A stretch of DNA of 63,966 nucleotides, filler included, from Octopus bimaculoides (taxonomy: Eukaryota), in assembly GCF_001194135.2 (NCBI RefSeq). It is 4 parts of 4 records of this genome, joined end to end, with 100 filler letters (N's around TTAATTAATTAA, not from the genome) between each part and the next. Parts side by side here need not be neighbours in the genome. Positions count along the whole stretch, not along the records: positions 1 to 25,536 come from NC_068983.1; positions 25,637 to 55,177 come from NC_068989.1; 2 more parts are not named here. One strand, written 5' to 3'. Positions within the stretch are counted from its first letter, which is position 1. Every line of letters starts with the position of its first letter. Shown piece after piece: positions 24,631 through 37,319 of this stretch. A program made the translations under genes and the position numbers. The notes beneath the pieces are model-generated. The model made no database searches and was not told where the DNA came from. It saw nothing but the letters and a program-made list of their open reading frames with translations.

Positions 24631-24944
24631 TTTAGAAAGTACATAAGGTTACGTTATAAATATAAATACACACGTATATACATACTTTTACATATACATA
24701 CATATACATAAATATACATAAATACATATACCTACACTTAAATGTACATGCATATGTGTATGTAAATGCATACAAATAAATCAATCATTATTATCATTAT
24801 ATGCATTATATTATTCTTATAAGATAAAATATAAACAGAGGTATGAGAAAGTTGTTATAAGAGGAGTAATATTGCAATTTATAAAATCAATATATCTTAA
24901 GATTATTTCAGTTATGTAAGAATTAAACTGTATATACATGAGGA

Positions 24945-25007
<63 letters not shown>

Positions 25008-25186
25008 CAAATATATTTCCGTACGAACATACCCATGGGTACATACGTATTAGATGTGTTTAGAAGGGAGGATTAATGTGGCAGTTCGTATCATTATAAT
25101 TATAACAATAATACACAAACATATATATATTTACATATAAACATGTAATATGTTTATTTCTCCGTTATTTTTTTCTTTATGGAGTA

Positions 25187-25350
25187 AGGCGCAGGAGTGG
25201 CTGTGTGGTAAGAAGCTTGCTTACCAACCACGTGGTTCCGGATTCAGTCCTAATGTGTGGTACCTTGGGCAAATGTTTTCTACAATAGTCTCGGGTCGAC
25301 CAAAGCCTTGTGAGTGGATTTCGTAAACAGAAACTGAAAGAAGCCCGTCG

Positions 25351-25423
<73 letters not shown>

Positions 25424-25536
25424 AACATCGCCTGACAGCCGATACTGGTGTGTTTACGTCCTCGTAATTAGCGGTTCGGCAGAAGAGACCGATAGAATAA
25501 GTACTAGGTTTACAAAGAATAAGTCCTGGGGTCGAT
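25187..25536 (+). mobile_element. Family-A SINE cut off by an assembly spacer
   Basis: AGGCGCAGGAGTGGCTGTGTGGTAAG head through AAGTCCTGGGGTCGAT, then Ns. Confidence 0.88.
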
Positions 25537-25636
25537 NNNNNNNNNNNNNNNNNNNNNNNNNNNNNNNNNNNNNNNNNNNNTTAATTAATTAANNNNNNNN
25601 NNNNNNNNNNNNNNNNNNNNNNNNNNNNNNNNNNNN
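25537..25636. other. Artificial scaffold spacer (44N-TTAATTAATTAA-44N)
   Basis: Exactly 100 nt. The central 12-mer puts stops in all six frames. Identical constructs at 55178-55277 and 62797-62896. Confidence 0.95.
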
Positions 25637-25842
25637 ACATGAAAGACACCATTTCGAGCGTGGCCGTTTTCGTGCGGGTGACACGTAAAAGCACCCACTA
25701 CACTCTGTAGAAACTCTGCCAAATCAGACTGGAGCCTGGTGTTGCCATCCGGTTTCACCAGTCCTCAGTCAAATCGTCCAACCCATGCTAGCATGGAAAG
25801 CGGACGTTAAACGATGATGATGATGATGATGATGATGATGAT
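25637..25842 (+). mobile_element. RTE-LINE-type 3' end fragment
   Basis: TAAAAGCACCCACTACACTCTGTAG...CCAACCCATGCTAGCATGGAAAGCGGACGTTAAACGATGATGATG tail. Same family as 42455-42655 and 49944-50420. Confidence 0.75.
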
Positions 25843-26399
25843 ACATACATACATACATACATATATGTGTGGTATTGACAGTAAAAAAAAGTTTTGTACG
25901 AGTTAGAAGTCATTTAGGACAATGAACCAGAACATAGTTGGGTTTTGAATATTTCAAAACAACATGTCTAAAAGGATATATGTTCTCTTTACATATGTGT
26001 GTAATTATATGCACTATATACACTCACACATTCACACAAACACCCACTCACATACATACACAAATGCACACACAAACACCCACACACACACACACATGTA
26101 CACACACACAAACACACACACACAAACAGCCACACAAATATATATGTGTGTATCATCATCATCATTTTAATGCCCACTTTTTCATGCTTGCATGGGACAA
26201 ATGGAATTTGTTGAGTCAGACTTTCTATGGCCAGATGCCCTTCCTGTTATCACCAACCATCATCTATTTTCAAGGAAGATAATATTCCTCCATGGCCAAA
26301 CACCTTTTCATGAAAAATTGATAAATATAAAAAAGGACACCATTTGTACACCATCTGTATATATCTGTAAATAATATGTGACAGTTATTCGGTAGCCAT

Positions 26400-26460
26400 G
26401 GTAAAACTCCGAGTTTCGGATGGTGGGGCGGAAACCCACACCACCATCTCTTCAGTTACC
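26400..26460 (-). ncRNA. Type-I hammerhead ribozyme (left arm)
   Basis: Stem I GGTAA, core CTGAAGA, stem II GATGGTGG...CCACCATC, extra C, GAAA, CTCGGAGTT, TTACC. 5-bp stem I, 8-bp stem II, near-palindromic stem III ACTC-G-GAGT, triplet GTT. Confidence 0.75.
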
Positions 26461-26532
26461 TGACCATTGAAAAATGTAATGAAAATGGACCTTTTATAAG
26501 CATGTCATTTCCATAGCATTTTTCAATGGCCA

Positions 26533-26593
26533 GGTAACTGAAGAGATGGCGGCGTGGGTTTCCGCCCTGGCATCCGAAACTCAGAGTTTTATC
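26533..26593 (+). ncRNA. Type-I hammerhead ribozyme (right arm)
   Basis: GGTAA-CTGAAGA-GATG...CATC-C-GAAA-CTCAGA-GTT-TTATC. Confidence 0.72.
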
Positions 26594-26864
26594 ATGGCTA
26601 CCAAATAATTGTCACATATTATTTACAGATATATATATATATATTTTGAAGGTAATCTTTATATCCAACATAATGTGAATGTTTTGTTAGGATGCCAAAT
26701 AATGTAGCATCCAATGTTATGGGTGCCAGAACTGACAGATGACATGATTTCAAAATAATGTGTTTCTTCTGTGACAGGCACCTTGCTTGCCTGTCACAGA
26801 AATCTCATTGCCAATGATATTTAGAATTCCAGTGACTTTTCAAGCACTGATGTCACAAATAGCC

Positions 26865-26971
26865 AGTTTTATCATGGCTACCGAATAATTGTCACATATT
26901 ATTTACAGATAAATTCCTCTATTTACATAATATCGAGGTCTCTTTCTTTCTTTTGTTGTCTTTTCTATCAA
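26865..26971 (+). mobile_element. Third copy: post-ribozyme tail of the same PLE-like family
   Basis: AGTTTTATCATGGCTACCGAATAATTGTCACATATTATTTACAGAT matches 26585-26630, then continues AAATTCCTCTATTTACATAATATCGAGGTCTC.... Confidence 0.8.
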
Positions 26972-29900
26972 TATATATATATATATAGCCAGTAGGGTTA
27001 TTTAAAAATAATTATTAGCAACAGAAGATGTATTATTACCAAAAGACAATCTTTATATCTAACTTAAAGTGGATGTTTGATTACAATGAGAAATACTGTG
27101 GTATTTGCCTTGAGAGACCTCTTATATGGATGCATGATGCATAAAAGCACACATATTTATATCATTGGCAGGTAAGAATCATCTGCTCTGAGTATCAGAA
27201 CTGCCAGATCACGTAATTTCAACACACTGCTTACTTACACGCATATGCACGCATACACACACATACACACACTCACACATGCGCACGCACACACACACAC
27301 ACACACACACCAGGTTTCTTTCAGTTTCTTTCTAACAAATCCACTCACAATACTTTGATCAGTCCAAGGTTATAGTAGAAGACACTTGCCCAAGGTGTCT
27401 TGCAGTAGGACTGAACCTGGAAACATGTGATACTGAAGTAAACCCCTTTAGCATTTAAACCAGCCATATCTGGGTCCAAATACTCTCCCTCTTTTATGTT
27501 CAAACTCCAGCTTCTAACATCAACCCACCAATGTCCTCCTAACCATCGCATCTTTGAAATCTCAAAGCTACAAAATAATGAATGATTAATTCAAAACAAT
27601 GTGAATAAATAAGCATTACATTTGACAGAGTAGACTGAATGCTAAAGGGTTAAAAAGAAAAAAATACCAAATTAAATTCCACATTATTGCATGCTGTTGT
27701 ATTTGATATAAATGAAAGCATTATCATTAACTAAACACACTGTTATGCTTTACAAATTTTCTTATTCCTTATTTTCTTACAGAAACTTCCAGATCTTCAT
27801 AACATTGTTTCCTTAGGTTAAAAGTTTTGATTATGTTCCCAATTTCATTCCATAGTTAAAACTGTTCAAAACGAACCATTTGAACTCATGACACAGTTTT
27901 TCCTATTACTCAATGGCCTTTTTGAAATGCACGGTGATTTCCGTATTTACATACATACATATTTGCAATTGTACTCTGTAGGCTGTTTTCAGACGAGTCA
28001 TTGTTAAGTTGGTTACACCGACGCCAGTACTTGACTAGTACAGTATAAACATTGCCCCTGAAGGGATGAAGGCAAAGCTGACCATGGCAGAATTTGAACT
28101 CAGAATGTGAGGAGACAGAAGAAATATCACGGACCATTTTATCCAATGTGCTAACGATTCTTCCAGCTTTGGTCAGCCCAAGGCTATAGCAGAAGACACT
28201 TGCCCAAGGTGCCATACAGTGGGACTGAACCCAGAACGATGAGATTGGGAAGCAAGCTTCTTACCACACAGCCACACCTATATATATATGTATATATATA
28301 TATTTGGTCATCTCATAAATAATGCTGTGTTTTCAAGTGCATGAACTAAAAATCAGAGGGGGATGGGATAAACTACCTGCATCAACTTGCTATAAAAGCA
28401 GGTAATAATTTTACCTTGTCCTTATTCTTAGTGCAAGTTTTGAGGAGTGCAGTTCGATTTTAACAGTTATTTGTTCAAAGCTATAATGGAAGTGACAAAG
28501 AAGCATATTCGGCATATTTTGCTTTATGAACTCAANNNNNNNNNNNNNNNNNNNNNNNNNNNNNNNNNNNNNNNNNNNNNNNNNNNNNNNNNNNNNNNNN
28601 NNNNNNNNNNNNNNNNNNNNNNNNNNNNNNNNNNNNNNNNNNNNNNNNNNNNNNNNNNNNNNNNNNNNNNNNNNNNNNNNNNNNNNNNNNNNNNNNNNNN
28701 NNNNNNNNNNNNNNNNNNNNNNNNNNNNNNNNNNNNNNNNNNNNNNNNNNNNNNNNNNNNNNNNNNNNNNNNNNNNNNNNNNNNNNNNNNNNNNNNNNNN
28801 NNNNNNNNNNNNNNNNNNNNNNNNNNNNNNNNNNNNNNNNNNNNNNNNNNNNNNNNNNNNNNNNNNNNNNNNNNNNNNNNNNNNNNNNNNNNNNNNNNNN
28901 NNNNNNNNNNNNNNNNNNNNNNNNNNNNNNNNNNNNNNNNNNNNNNNNNNNNNNNNNNNNNNNNNNNNNNNNNNNNNNNNNNNNNNNNNNNNNNNNNNNN
29001 NNNNNNNNNNNNNNNNNNNNNNNNNNNNNNNNNNNNNNNNNNNNNNNNNNNNNNNNNNNNNNNNNNNNNNNNNNNNNNNNNNNNNNNNNNNNNNNNNNNN
29101 NNNNNNNNNNNNNNNNNNNNNNNNNNNNNNNNNNNNNNNNNNNNNNNNNNNNNNNNNNNNNNNNNNNNNNNNNNNNNNNNNNNNNNNNNNNNNNNNNNNN
29201 NNNNNNNNNNNNNNNNNNNNNNNNNNNNNNNNNNNNNNNNNNNNNNNNNNNATATATATATATATATACACATGTGTGTCTATGTGTGCATGCATAAATA
29301 CATAAATGTACATACACATGTTTGTATACATGTACACATACACACACACACTCACTCACACTTATCTATATACATTTACACACATAGACACTCTTATATA
29401 TAATTTATCTCAAAGGTTTGTATAATCTCCAAGTTGCCATAACAAAACTTTGTCATGCAAGCAACATTACATTAGTCTGCCTGAATGAATAGCCATTCAG
29501 TTCTGTCTTTTCTCTGTCAATGCTATTAACACTTGTCTGCTGTTTAATTAAGCCAAGGTAGGAGAAAATGTTCTTTTTTATTATTTTCTATTATGTATTG
29601 AATATATGCATTGGTGATATAACTAATATTACAAATAACACTTTAACAAAACCAGACAAAGGAAAACAGTAACAATCACAATACTCACTTCTCAGCTGTG
29701 GCAGTGTGGTAAGAAATTTGCTTCCCAACTACACAGTCTCAGGTTCAGTCCTACTGCATAGCTCCTGGGGCAAGTGCTTTTTATTATAGCCTTCAGTCGA
29801 CCAAAGACTTGTGAATGTATCTGGTAGATGAAAACTGAAAGAAGCCCAATACATATATGCATGTATGTGTGTATTCATGTATGTGTGTATTCATGTATAT

Positions 29901-31540
29901 CTATGTTTGTCCCTTACTGCCACCTGACACACAGTATTATACAAAAAATATGTAAATTTTACTATGGGTTACAAAGAAAAAAAAATAGTATGGCATGTGA
30001 AAAAAACATGACTACAAATATGAAGGAAAGAGTAAAAGATATTTTACAATATATGGAAGGACATACTAGGAAATCTTAAAAGCTACATGTTACTTAGCAG
30101 CTCAGCAAAAGAGACCAATAGAATAAGTAATAGGAAATCTTAAAAGCTACATACGTACACAAACACACATATGCTTATATATATATTCAAATGTACACAT
30201 ATATAAACATATACATATATATATACATGTATACCCACATGCATATCTGCATGGAAATAATTGAAGAACTGGAAATGATTTTTAAAATGTACAATAAAAC
30301 ATGAATAATTACTGGTTAGGCTGAGTTGGGCACTCTGCAAAACCATTCACGTAATCATTTCTCAAGCTGTGTTTGAGTGCCACCAAATGCACCAGTAAGC
30401 ATTTTTTTTTTTTAGATATTTGGTGCTGAAAGATGCCCAATAGCTCAAAGCTGTTCTCTTTTTTAAATTCAAATATAACATTTTAATTTTTACAAGCAAA
30501 CTGTCTTTTGTATGCAGTTTATATTCTTAACATATCTATTTATTTTTCATAACAACTTTTGAAAGTTCAAGGCATGGCAGATGTATAATTGTGACTATTA
30601 ATTTTTTGATTTTCAGATAATAGTGAATCTGAATTTTACTCTATCTTCTGCATTTTTCTTGTTATTTTCTTGGAAAGGAATTTCATTGCTATTTGGGAAA
30701 AAAATGTTGTTGTTTCTGTCACTGTCTTCCAAGTTACCTATTTGAGTATTTGGAACATTTCTCCCATTATATCTACAGTAAAGTGTTCATTTTCTTTTTT
30801 TCTTTTTGTACATTTAGTTGTGTTTTGATTTTGTGTTGTTTTTAGTCATTGAAATGCTTTGTTGTGTGACAAAATTATTTGGATGTGAAAATGTGATTTG
30901 TGTGAATAGCATTTTAAAACTTCATGAAACAAACCTCACTTTTTTATGTTGTCAATGCCCCACGAATTGAAGGTGGTCCCTCCTTGAGCAATTGTAGGAC
31001 TTTTACAAATACTCCAAATACGTATATAATGTGTGTAAATAAAATTTTAAAAGTTTATAAAACAAACCTTTTCTTTCTTTTTTTTTTGTAATGGTCTACC
31101 CACAGGTGTTGATGGCAGGTTCTCCTTAGGTAATTATAATTTTTTTTTTCCTTTTTTTCAAGTACTCCAAAGAAAATTTCCTTTGTTGATGGTTGAATAA
31201 ATTGTGTTTCATAGGGAGAAGCAAAATAATGTCTCCACAAAACTGTGTGTGTGTGTGTGTGTGTGCTTTTGTATCTGTGTCTCAGTATGTAAGTTTTGTG
31301 TGTGTGTATGTATGTATGTATGAATGTATGTATGTATGCATACATGCATATATGTATGTATGCATGCATGCATGTATGTATATGCATATACATGTCTATA
31401 TATGAATGCATGCAACTGTCAAAGACACAGATACACAAACACAGTATCTAAGTTTGTATGCATGCGTGCATATGTATTCATGTGCATGCATGTGACTGTT
31501 ATCTTTGTGTGTAAGTATTGCATACCTGTGTAGCTGTCTG

Positions 31541-32095
31541 GGATCTTTTTTAAAACGGGGGCCACATTTTTCATTAATGTTTTACATAGTGTTTTTGGTA
31601 CCGAAAGACTTTCAAATTTCGTATACTTATCTATTTTGTGTTATAGAACAGAAAAATATTTTTGTATTCAAATTTATTTCATGTAAAAAATTGTCTTATT
31701 TCGATAATTTCAACCAATCACTGACAAGTATTCAGTTGTTTATATTTACTCCTTTGGCTGATTAAGCGGTGTAAAGCGTATTTAATTTCCATAGCTTCGT
31801 TTTGCTTTTTTCTTTTTAAATTTGCTGTTTTACCCTAACCCTATCACCGATAGAATTGTTTCAGAATCGTTTGTTTATGTAGTCGGCACTTAATGTATAT
31901 CGGCTGAATGGACGTCAGTGATTGGTTGAAATTACAGAAATACGACAAATTTAACATGAAATAACTTAGGGATTTCTTTTTTTTTTTTAAGAAGACTAAG
32001 AGAAAAAGATGTTTTATATGACACATTCTACCAGTGTTCCAAGTTTCAAAGTGTTTCGTTAATGAAAAATGTGGCCCCCGTTTTAAAAAAGATCC
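31541..32095. mobile_element. MITE with long TIRs and 8-bp TSD (superfamily uncertain: Merlin- or hAT-like)
   Basis: TIR GGATCTTTTTTAAAACGGGGCCACATTTTTCATTAA versus TTAATGAAAAATGTGGCCCCCGTTTTAAAAAAGATCC. Internal inverted block TTTCAACCAATCACTGAC/GTCAGTGATTGGTTGAAA. TSD GCTGTCTG at 31533-31540 and 32096-32103. Confidence 0.9.
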
Positions 32096-32990
32096 GCTGT
32101 CTGTGTATGTGTAGTGTTAGTGCACTTCTTAAAATTTTATTTGTCGTTTAGAAAATGTTGACAACATTTTCTAGCATTTTGTTATTAATAATTAGCAACA
32201 TTCTTTGGTTCTGAGGTTTCTACAGGTTAGATTCCCTTGAAATATTTTCTGTTACATGACCTTTTGTCCAAGCTTAAAGGTCAAAACATTTTACGCCCAC
32301 TATGCAGTTTTTAGGCTAAAATTAGTCAACAACACACACACACACACACACAAACAGATTTTGTATTTTAGTAATTTATTAGATATTAGTGATGGAGGCA
32401 GTATTATTACTGAATGAGAACCTTTACATCATATTTAACATGGATAGGAGCACCATAATACTGCAGTATGCACCCAGAGAAACTCTCTCGTATCTGTGTC
32501 TAGTGTATAAACAAACAAATAAACAGTGATATCAGTAACAAGCAAGAATCATCAATCACTTGTGGCAGAACTGCTGTAATGACTGTGATAGACCATGTCT
32601 TTTTTTATATTGTAGATTTCTTATATTACTATTTTTTTTTCTTTGGTATGGAGCAATGAAGTTCCCAAATTCATATTCAGCATTTACTGACCTTCACGTT
32701 CATCAAAAAATTAACATGTGGCTAGTAGTATGAAAACCTAAAAGTCAAAAATTTGACCACAAGAAACAAATCAACATTTGACTGCTGGCATAGGAGCCCA
32801 ATGATAAAAAAAAGACCCTCAGGCAAAAAATTCAACTACTCTACAAGAAACAACAGACATGCCAAATATATTCAATTCTTGTAAATGAGAATGTGAAGTT
32901 CTGGAAATGTCAAATATGAATTTAGGAACTTTATTACACCACACTAGTAAAAAGAAAAAAAGAAAGATTTGAACAGTCATATATATATAC

Positions 32991-33054
<64 letters not shown>

Positions 33055-34282
33055 GGGATGATTTTAAACTGCATATAGTAATAGGGACCTGGTTCAAGAG
33101 TTCAAGGATTTTGAGGAGTATGGAACCATCTTTTAGTCAATATTTTTCCCAGGTCACCTAAGTAGAGTAGTAGCATCCAGAGTAGGAACCTATCAGGTTT
33201 CCAGCTATTTATTAATTAGCATGTCATGGAATTGTCTTTGTTAGTAGGTCACTCACAAACATCCCAATGAATACAGGGTAGATGAGGCTCTTCAGCTCAC
33301 TAGCTGTTTATCTAAGAGAAGATAACTCCATACAAATCCTGCATCCTGGTAACCACTGGGCTCATATCACTTGTTGCATCAGACTAATACAAGTTTGAGG
33401 AACAGCAGAGTTGGATAGGTTCTGCACAAACCATTGGAACCCCTGTAATAATATTCATCGTGCAGGTTGTCTAGCAAACCAAGACACCACCACCACCACC
33501 ACCATCATCACTCTTCTTCATAAATCTGGGGACAATGGAGAAAGAGGTAACATGGATATGTAGAGGGTGCTACTGGAAGTCTTCAGCTCTGACTCAGCAC
33601 ACAGGTGGCCATAGGAACTAAGAATATTGTGCAGCTACATCTTGCCGAGCAACCTCATTTGTCAAAGTGACTAGAGAGTCCACCATACACACATGCACAC
33701 ATTCACATACACATGTGTGAGTGTGTCTGTGTGTGTTTGTGTGTGTGTGTGTATGTGTTACTTGACAACGCATGACTTAGCAGTTTCACAAAAGCGACTA
33801 ATAAAATAAGTTATAGACTTTAAAAAAAAAAGTACTGAAGTCGGTCTGTTTGAATAAAACCCTTCAAGGTGGTGCTCCAGCATGGCCACAGTCCAGTAAC
33901 TGAAGCGAAAGATAAAAGACAGTCTATACTACACAACTTAAATCTTTATAAGCAGGTAAGATATCCTTAGATAAAACTATTCTCTCATTTTACTTTACAT
34001 TCCAAGGAAACTACATTTACTTAGGGATATGTAAAGTTCAGTATGTGATTAACTTTGCAAAACATCAATTTTATGATATGAGCCCTGATAATCTCTTCAC
34101 AAAATAGTTATTCATAAACAAAGAATGAGATTTCCTACAAAAAGAAAGCAAGGGATTATAGGATTAATGAAGTCTTTTATTATAATACAAAGAAAACACC
34201 TGACTTGTTTTCTTTGCTAGAATGTATGTTTTGTTCTTTCAACTTCAGTATGTTGTTGTTGTTCCCATAGTTCTTAGAATGG

Positions 34283-34501
34283 TACTCTTTTACTCTTTTA
34301 CTTGTTTCAGTCATTTGACTGCGACCATACTGGAGCACCGCCTTTAGTCGAGCAAATCGACCCCAGGACTTATTCTTTGTAAGCCAAGTACTTATTCTAT
34401 CGGTCTCTTTTGCCGAGCCGCTTAAGTTACGGGGATGTAAACACACCACCATCGGTTGTCAAGCAATGTTGGGGGGGACATACACAGACACACAGACATA
34501 T

Positions 34502-34532
<31 letters not shown>

Positions 34533-34704
34533 CATATATATGACAGGCTTCCTTCAGTTTCTGTCTACCAAATCCATTCACAAGGCTTTGGTCGGCCCGA
34601 GGCTATAGTAGAAAACACTTACCCAAGATACCACGCAGTGGGAATGAACCCGGAACCATGTGGTTGGTAAGCAAGCTACTTACCACACAGCCACTCCTGC
34701 ACCT
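34283..34704 (-). mobile_element. Family-A SINE (young, full length)
   Basis: Near-identical to 1751-2142. Similar full copies at about 36180-36580, 37415-37829 and 42665-43060. Confidence 0.9.
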
Positions 34705-35489
34705 AGTAGTTAACAGATTCTATCAACTGGTATTTTATAACGTGGTTTCTGTATATGTCACCTCAGTGTTGTGCACTAATACAGAGTGATATATCGTACC
34801 ACGGAATGGAGTAGACACTAAACTGTTTCCACTTGACGTATTCCCAAGTACTCTGCCAACAACTGTAACCAATCCCAAACAATTCTCAACAAAGGCTATA
34901 GTAGAAGACACTTGCCCAAGGTTCCACACAGTGGGACTGAACCCGGAACCATGTGGTTCGTAAGCAAGCTACTTACCACACAGCCACTCCTTAATGACCA
35001 ACGTAAGCTTCGAATCACTCATCACCACTTTTATAATGTGATTTCTGTATGTGCCACCTTAGTGTCATGCACTAATACAGTGAGATATATAGTACTAGGG
35101 AATGGAGTAGACACCAACTGTCTCCACTTGATGTATTCCCAAATACTTTGTCAACAACTGTAACCAATCCAAAACAACTTTCAATGAACTATAACAACTT
35201 CTCAACAATTTCCTGTGACTCTGTGAACTCACAAACATCACTTTTGACTTCCTATGATTTCTCATCTCCCTCTATCAGTCAAACATGCTGCCACTTATAC
35301 AAGTTCATCTAGTCCACTCTCACAGGGTGTGTCATGATTCTCGCAATAACATGGTAGAAAAAATATGTTGCAGTATAGAGCAACATTATGTCCTAGGTTC
35401 AAATTACATTGGAGCTGACTTTATCTTCCATGCTTTCAGATCTAAATAAAGTCAAGTACCAATTAACTACCAGCATCAATATAATCACA

Positions 35490-35699
35490 CAAATATAAGG
35501 TGGTGAGCTGGAAGAATCGTTAGCACAGTGCTAAGTGGGATATGGTCCATCTGTACATTCTGAGTCCAACTGCTATCAAGGTCAACTTCGCTTTTCATCC
35601 TTATAGGTTGATAAAATAAGTACCAGTTGAGTACTGGGGTCAAGCTAACTGACTTAGCCCCTCCCTTGAAATTCCTGGCCTTGTGCCAAAATCTGAAAG
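35490..35699 (+). mobile_element. Family-B SINE with 13-bp TSD
   Basis: GGTGAGCTGGAAGAATCGTTAGCAC...CTTTTCATCCTTATAGGTTGATAAAATAAGTACCAG...GGCCTTGTGCCAAAATCTGAAAG. CAATATAATCACA repeated at 35477-35489 and 35700-35712. Confidence 0.85.
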
Positions 35700-36383
35700 C
35701 AATATAATCACAGAGATTTCTAGTATTTTGCTTATCTATGAAATCATCATCATCCCTTAGTGTTCACTTATCCATGACTGCGTGGGTCAGACAGAATTTG
35801 TTGGGGCAGATTTCCTACAGCCTGATGCCCTTCCTGTAGCCAATCTTTACCTGTTTTCTAACGAGGTAATATTTCTTCATGGCCAGACATGTTTTTCATG
35901 GAAAATTGGAAATGAACAACTTTGTTTGCATAACAGTGGTGCTCATTTACAATCATCCCTTGATATCTAGACAAGGGTACACACAAAATTACATGCACAC
36001 ACATACACACACTTGCATACACGACAGGCTTCTTTTCAGTTTCCCTCTACTAGGTCCACTCACAATGCTTTGTTGTTGGCCCAGGTTTGTAGTAGAAAAT
36101 ATTTGCCCAATGTGTCACACAGTGGAACTGAACTTAAGACCACATGGTTGGGAAACAAGCTTCTTAACCACATACTCTTTTACTCTTTTATTTGTTTCAG
36201 TCATTTGGCTGTGGCCATGCTGGAGCACCCCCTTTAGTTGAACAAATCAACCCCAGGACATATTCTTTGTAAGCTTAGTACTTATTCTATCGGTTACTTT
36301 TGCCAAACTACTAAGTTATGGGGATGTAAACACACCAGTATCAGTTGTCAAGCAATGGTGAGGAGACAAACACACAAACACAA

Positions 36384-36418
<35 letters not shown>

Positions 36419-37287
36419 CGACAAGCTTCTTTCAGTTTCCGTCTACCAAATCCACTCACATGGCTTTGTTTGGTCCAAGGCTATAGTAGAAGACACTTGC
36501 CCAAGGTGCCATGCGGTGGGACTGAACCTGGATCCATGTGGTTCGTAAGCAAGCTACTTACCACACAGCCACTCCTGCACTAATCTTTTGTTGATTTTGT
36601 TTTATTTTTCTAAAGGATCGACAGAATCACTTAAGTGTTGCATTATTTATTCCAGTTCTCTACTTCTTCAGTTCAAATCCCACCAAACTCTACTTTGTCT
36701 TCTTTCCTCCAGGTCAATAAAACAAAGTACTAGTTAAATACTAGTACTCAAATAATTGGCCATAACCCAAAATGGTCTTGTGTCCATGTAAGAAATTAAG
36801 AACATTGAACTGGCAGAACTGTTAGAGTATCAGAAAAAAAATACCTTGTACTATTTACTTTGGGCCCTTTATATTCTGTGTTCAAACCATGTCAATGTCT
36901 TTCAACCTATGAGACAGATAAAATGAAATACAAGTCCTGAGGTTAATTTAATTAACTAACCTTTACCTTCAAATTATTGGCTTTGTGCCTCAACTACAAA
37001 CTAATGGTATCCAGCTGGAAGAATTTTTATGTATGTATGTATGTATATGTTTGTGTTTGTTCCTCTAGCATAGCTTGACAACTGATGGTGGTGTGTTTAT
37101 GTCCCTGTAACTTAGTGGTTCGGCAAAAGAGACCGATAGAATAAGTGCTAGGCTTTAAAAAACTAAGTCCTTGGGGGGGATGTTGATTTGCTTGACTAAA
37201 AGGCAGTGCTCCAGCATGGCTACAGTCAAATGACTGAAACAAATAAAATAAAGGAATATATATATATATATACATATATGCACACAC

Positions 37288-37319
<32 letters not shown>

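Larger units (their letters stand above)
26364..26629. mobile_element. Palindromic PLE-like element with a hammerhead on each strand
   Basis: Arms 26364-26490 and 26504-26629 are reverse complements (roughly 90% by eye) around a 13-nt spacer, flanked by TA-rich sequence. Confidence 0.85.

Noticed and set aside
27027-30830. Possible extra plus-strand exons (donor at 27170, acceptors at 27782 and 30616)
   Set aside because: Splice-like signals without a coherent reading frame. They could be UTR or lncRNA exons but are unsupported.
31830-31842. CCCTAACCCT as a telomeric seed
   Set aside because: Fewer than two units, and internal to a MITE.
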